Positions 59,460-64,000 of a DNA stretch of 64,000 nucleotides are shown here, one piece after another. Origin of the DNA: Centroscyllium fabricii (Eukaryota); NCBI GenBank assembly GCA_051313645.2, contig JBNRSN020000019.1:120094001-120158000 (forward strand). Reading direction: 5' to 3'. Numbering within the stretch: position 1 is the first letter of the stretch; each line of letters starts with the position of its first letter. A program made the translations under genes and the position numbers. The notes below the pieces were generated by a model. The model did not search any database. It worked only from the letters and a program-made list of their open reading frames with translations, and was not told where the DNA came from.

Positions 59460-61990
59460 TTTTCTCTCTCCCTCCTTTCTTAAATAGTGGGATTACATTT
59501 GCTACTTTTCAATCCACAGGGACCGTTCTAGAATCATGGGAATACAGGAAGGTCAAAACCAATTCATCCACTATCTCTGTAGCCACCTCTTTTAAAACCC
59601 TAAGATGTAGGCCATCAGGTCCAGGGGATTTGTCAGCATTTAGTGCCATTCATTTCTCCAGTACTATTTCTATACTAACACTAATTACTTTAAGTTCCCC
59701 ATTTTCACTAGACCCTTGGTTTCCCACTATTTCCGGAATATGTTTTGTGTCTTCTTCTGTGATGACAATTACAAAGTATTGGTTTAATGTCTCTGCCATT
59801 TCCTTATTCCCCATTATAATTTCTCCTGGCTCTGCCTGTAAGGCACCCACGTTTACTTTCACTAATCTCTTCTTTTTAACATACCTATAGAAGCTTTTAC
59901 AATCTATTTTATGTCTCTTGCTAGTTTACTTTCATATTCTATTTTCTCACCATCAATTTCTTGGTCCTTCATTGCTGAATTCGCAAATCCTCCCAATCCT
60001 CAGGCTTGCTACTCTAGTTGGCAACATTATAAGCCTCTTTCTTTAATCTAATACTAGCTTTAACTTCTCTTGATAGCCACGGTTGGACTATTTTTCCCGA
60101 AGGCCTCTTTGTTCCTTAAGGGAATATATATTTGTTGTGAATTACGAATTGTTTCTTTAAATGCTCGCCATTGCTTATCTACGGTCATATCTTTTAATCT
60201 AGTTTCCCAATCTACCTTAGCAAACTTGCCCCTCATACCTATGTAGTTTGCTTTGTTTGGATTTAAGCTTCTAGTTTCAGACTTAACTAAAGCCTTCTCA
60301 CACTCAACATAAAACTCTATCATATTGGGCCTGCATTTGCGGTCAGAGGCTTCCCGCAGGCGGCTGCCTCCAAACTGTAATAAATCTATGCACCTACCTG
60401 ATGGCCCTGGATCCACGGAGACTTGCACTCCTGGGCCTCTACGCATAGGCTTGTGTAGAGGCCCACATATTCCAGGGGCGCATGTAGTTCGCAAGCGACC
60501 CTGGGATCACGTGGGCCGGCCCAACCAATCAGAAAGGGGATTCCATTTACGTACAGACTCCCCAGAAGCTTAATAGGAATCACCCAAAAACCACATGTAC
60601 ACAACCTTAAAAAAATCATTACCTGTTTAAAATTAATTAAAATACAATTTCATTAAATATTTAAAACAAAAATTTAATTTTTTGAAAAATAAATGTGAAC
60701 ATTTTTTAAGGGGCCAAAAATGACACTTATTTTACAGGTTTTTGAAAGTTAAAATGATTTTAAAATTGTTATTTTCACCCTTAGGCTGAGGCTTTAAAAG
60801 GCGGCTTTACACGCTTGCTTTTACCAGACGTAAGAGTTTCCTGGACATTTGCTGGGCAGTCACGCTCCGCCAGCGGATTTCCATTTCCTGCACATGCGGA
60901 GGATCGGTCAATCAGCCCATGCGTAAAGCCGGAATTTGCGAAGCACTTATGGGTGCGCACACGGTCATAGCCCCAGGAAAATCTGGGCCAATATGATCAC
61001 TGCTCCCAAAGGCTCCTTTACTACAAAGTTATTAATTAACCCTGTCTCATTGCACAATACTAGATCGAAAATAGCCTGTTTCCTAATTAGTTTCTCGAGT
61101 TACTGATCTAGAAAACTATCTTGACCACATTTGATGAACTCGCCCTCTGCACTGTTACTGCAAATTTGCTTTGCCCAGTCTATATGAAAATTAAAGTCCC
61201 CCATGATTACTGTATTACCTGTGTTACATGCATCTCTAATTTCCTGATCAATGCTCTGCCCGACACTACAACTACTGGTATGGGACCTATAAACTAATCC
61301 AACCAATGTTTCCTGCCCCTCGTTGTTTCTTAGCTCCACCCAAACTGATTCTACATCTTCATTTTCCAAGCGAAGATCCTTTCTCTCTATTGTCTTTATC
61401 CCATCCTTTATTATCAGGGCTACCCCTCCTCCTTTTCCATTCTGCCTATCTCTTCTAAAAGTCACGTATTTTGGAATATTTGGTTCCCAACTTTGGCCAC
61501 CCTGCAGCCTGTCTCCGTAATGGCGATTAGATCAAACCCATTTATTTCTATCTGTGTTAATAATTCATCAATTTGGTTGCGAATGCTTTGCGCATTCAGA
61601 TAAACTGCCTTCAGCTTTAACTTTTTGTATTATTCCCTGATGTCACTTTAGTCACTGATGCCCTCTTACCTTTGTTAAACTCTCTATCCCTTCCTGACCC
61701 TCTCTGCTTATTTTTACCCAAATCACTACTTTGCTCGACAGCCTTGACATTTTTCTTACTGGTTTTGAATTTATCCTTTTCTGAATCCTCTCAACCGTAC
61801 CGTAGCCCCCCCCCACCCCCGCACTGAAACATTAGTTTAAAGCCCGACCTACTGCCCAGCCCGGATTAAGTGAATCCTGCCCCAGTGGAACAGCTCCCTC
61901 TTTCCCCAGTGCCCCATGAATCGAAACCCCTGCCACCCACGCCACTCTTTCAGCCACGTATTTAACCTGCTAATCTGTTTGTCCCTATGC
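59460..61990 (-). mobile_element. CR1 LINE (APE endonuclease and linker), degenerate
   Basis: RRDR..GKGGGVAL, VIMGDFN (61100..61465). Confidence 0.85.
60327..60989. mobile_element. Harbinger-like non-autonomous insertion in CR1
   Basis: Imperfect termini GGGCCTGCATTT / AAAATCTGGGCC; CR1 resumes (catatt|atgatcac). Confidence 0.55.
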
Positions 61991-62473
61991 CAATTTGTCA
62001 ATTAATTTTGGATTAGTAGAGGAGGCCTCTCTCAGTGGATATAGATTTATTGGAATTTTCAGAAGGAATTTGATAACTCTGCATTTGATGCTTTAAAGAA
62101 AGATAAAGCTGTTTGGGATTAAAAAGGCTTTTTGGGAGGAGGAGCAACTGACCAATAGGAGCCTGATCTGGGTTTTAATACGCTTTCTGGCATTTTCCTT
62201 AATGTAACCTCAGTAATGTCAGGATGATTATTGATGTGATTTGATTTATGAGCTTGAGCCGCAGGATAACTGTGCGATGGGGCAGGTAATGTGTCAGATC
62301 AACCTTGCGTTTTTCTGCACTTTACTGGGGATGGGGAGGAATGCAATGTACATTAGACAGCTTTAAAAGAGGAAAATGTTTTACCTCCAGTAATTTAATG
62401 TCTCACGCCTTTCAAACACAATATTCAGAAAACAGATCTCACTTTCTCAGAAAAAGGCACAGAATGGGAAGTA

Positions 62474-63173
62474 CAGGTTGTGCACCGAAAATCCGTGACC
62501 CGAAACGCCGGCAGCTTCAGTCTGCCAGCACAAATTGCCCCGACTGCACTGCGCATGCGCAAGATGGCAGTCGCCATCGCGGCTTCGGCGAATGATCTGC
62601 GCATGCGCCGCTGAACGGCGAGCGCATGCGCAGATCATTCAAAACGGCTGCCGGGTGTTTTGAATGATCTGCGCATGCGTCGCCAGATGGCTAGCGCATG
62701 CGCAGATTATTCAAAACGGCCGCCGGGCCTTCCGTGGCATCAGGGCGAAAATAAAACTGGAAGCGCACGGTTCCCGGCGAGCACGCTGGCCCTGTGCGGG
62801 AGCCGGGAATGGGAATGTTGAGCGGAGTTCCTCACCCGGCTTTGCTGCTGCTGGAGTCAGTGGATGAGCGGCTGGCTGAGTGAGTGAACAGCTCCGGCTC
62901 GTGTCTCGGCAGTACTAGCACATCCAGTGAGCACTCACTCTAAAAATAGCTCCCCTCCCCCTGCACCAATCCGCACATACACATGGCCCCACTCAGCCCC
63001 CTCTTTTGGACTTTTCCTGCATCGTTCGGCGGCCATTTCCAATGTTGTGCGCATGCGCGCGGCCATTTTGCATGGTGCGCGCATGCGCACTGACCGACTT
63101 CATTCTGCCGGTTTTTTCACTTTCCCGGCACGGGCCTGGTCCCGCCCGTGCCGGATTTCCGGTGCGCAACCTG
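62474..63173. mobile_element. Second copy of the Tc1/mariner-type MITE family
   Basis: TIR CAGGTTG(T/C)GCACCG; TA TSD; ends match 30382-30912. Confidence 0.92.
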
Positions 63174-63387
63174 TAGCAGATTCTTCACAAACATGCAGCA
63201 ATCACACAGACGTTGTCCGGTCTGTTTTCAATGGTGCCTTTGATGGAAATTAGCAGGTGCTATCGTTAGTGTTGTTAAAACAATGTCCCAGAAGATCAGT
63301 GTCCCAAGTGCGGAGGAGCTGAGAAGTGGACAGCTCCTGCTGCTGTCAACAGTGAAGCGCCTTGGGACGTTCTTCTGTGGAGGACAG

Positions 63388-64000
63388 TTCATTAAATATA
63401 TTCAAGAAGGAGCTGGATGTATTTCTTAAGGTTAGAGGGATCCAGGGATATGGGGAGAAGGCAGGGACAGGGTACTGAGTTTGGATGATCAGCCATGATC
63501 GCATTGAATGGCGGAGCAGGCTCGAGGGGCTGAATCATAGAATCATAGAAGATAGGAGCAGGTGTAGGCCATTCAGCCCTTCGAGCCTGCTCCGCCATTC
63601 AATGAGATCATGGCTGATCTTTAGCAAGCTAGTACCCTGTCCCCGCCTTTTCTCCATAACCTTTAATCCCTTTAGCTTGAAGAAATATATCCAATTCCCT
63701 CTTGAATATGTTTAATGAACTGGCCTCCACCGCCCTCTGTGGCAGGGAATTCCACAGGCCCACCACTCTCTGAGTGAAGAAATTCTTCCTCATGTCTGTC
63801 CTAAATGGTTTACCCCTTATCCTTAGACTGTGGCCCCTGGTTCTAGACTCACCCGCCATTGGAAACATTCTCTCTGAATCTAACCTGTCCAGACCTTTCA
63901 GAATTTTATACGTCTCAATGAGATCGCCTCTCAATCTTCTAAACTCCAACGAGTACAAGCCCAGGCTACACAATCTCTCCTCGTAAGTCATTCCTGCCAT
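63388..64000. mobile_element. Tail-to-tail CR1 3' ends (63388-63533 +, 63535-64000 -)
   Basis: ORF 63629..64000; inverted tails. Confidence 0.85.

Overview
This is vertebrate genomic DNA, most likely a cartilaginous fish (inferred from V-SINE and CR1 types). Host genes: the last two coding exons of PRMT8 (+; 19406-19527, 44790-44873) and of CRACR2A/Rab46 (-; 59035-58959, 51626-51536), tail-to-tail as in human. The rest is mostly nested transposons: many CR1 LINEs, L2 and Rex1/Babar fragments, SINEs, Harbinger/Tc1/hAT MITEs, a Harbinger element with an intact spliced MADF gene but no transposase, and four Gypsy elements. Two Gypsy elements (CsRN1-like) have a normal tRNA-Trp PBS. The other two (6226-11097, 26114-31126) have no tRNA PBS. 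In both, the 13-14 nt at the PBS position are complementary to the poly(A)-signal region of their own LTR, with a hairpin across the U5 end. The sequences differ but the pairing is kept, suggesting tRNA-independent self-priming with a geometry unlike Tf1. LINE boundaries are approximate; family names come from recognised motifs, not database searches.
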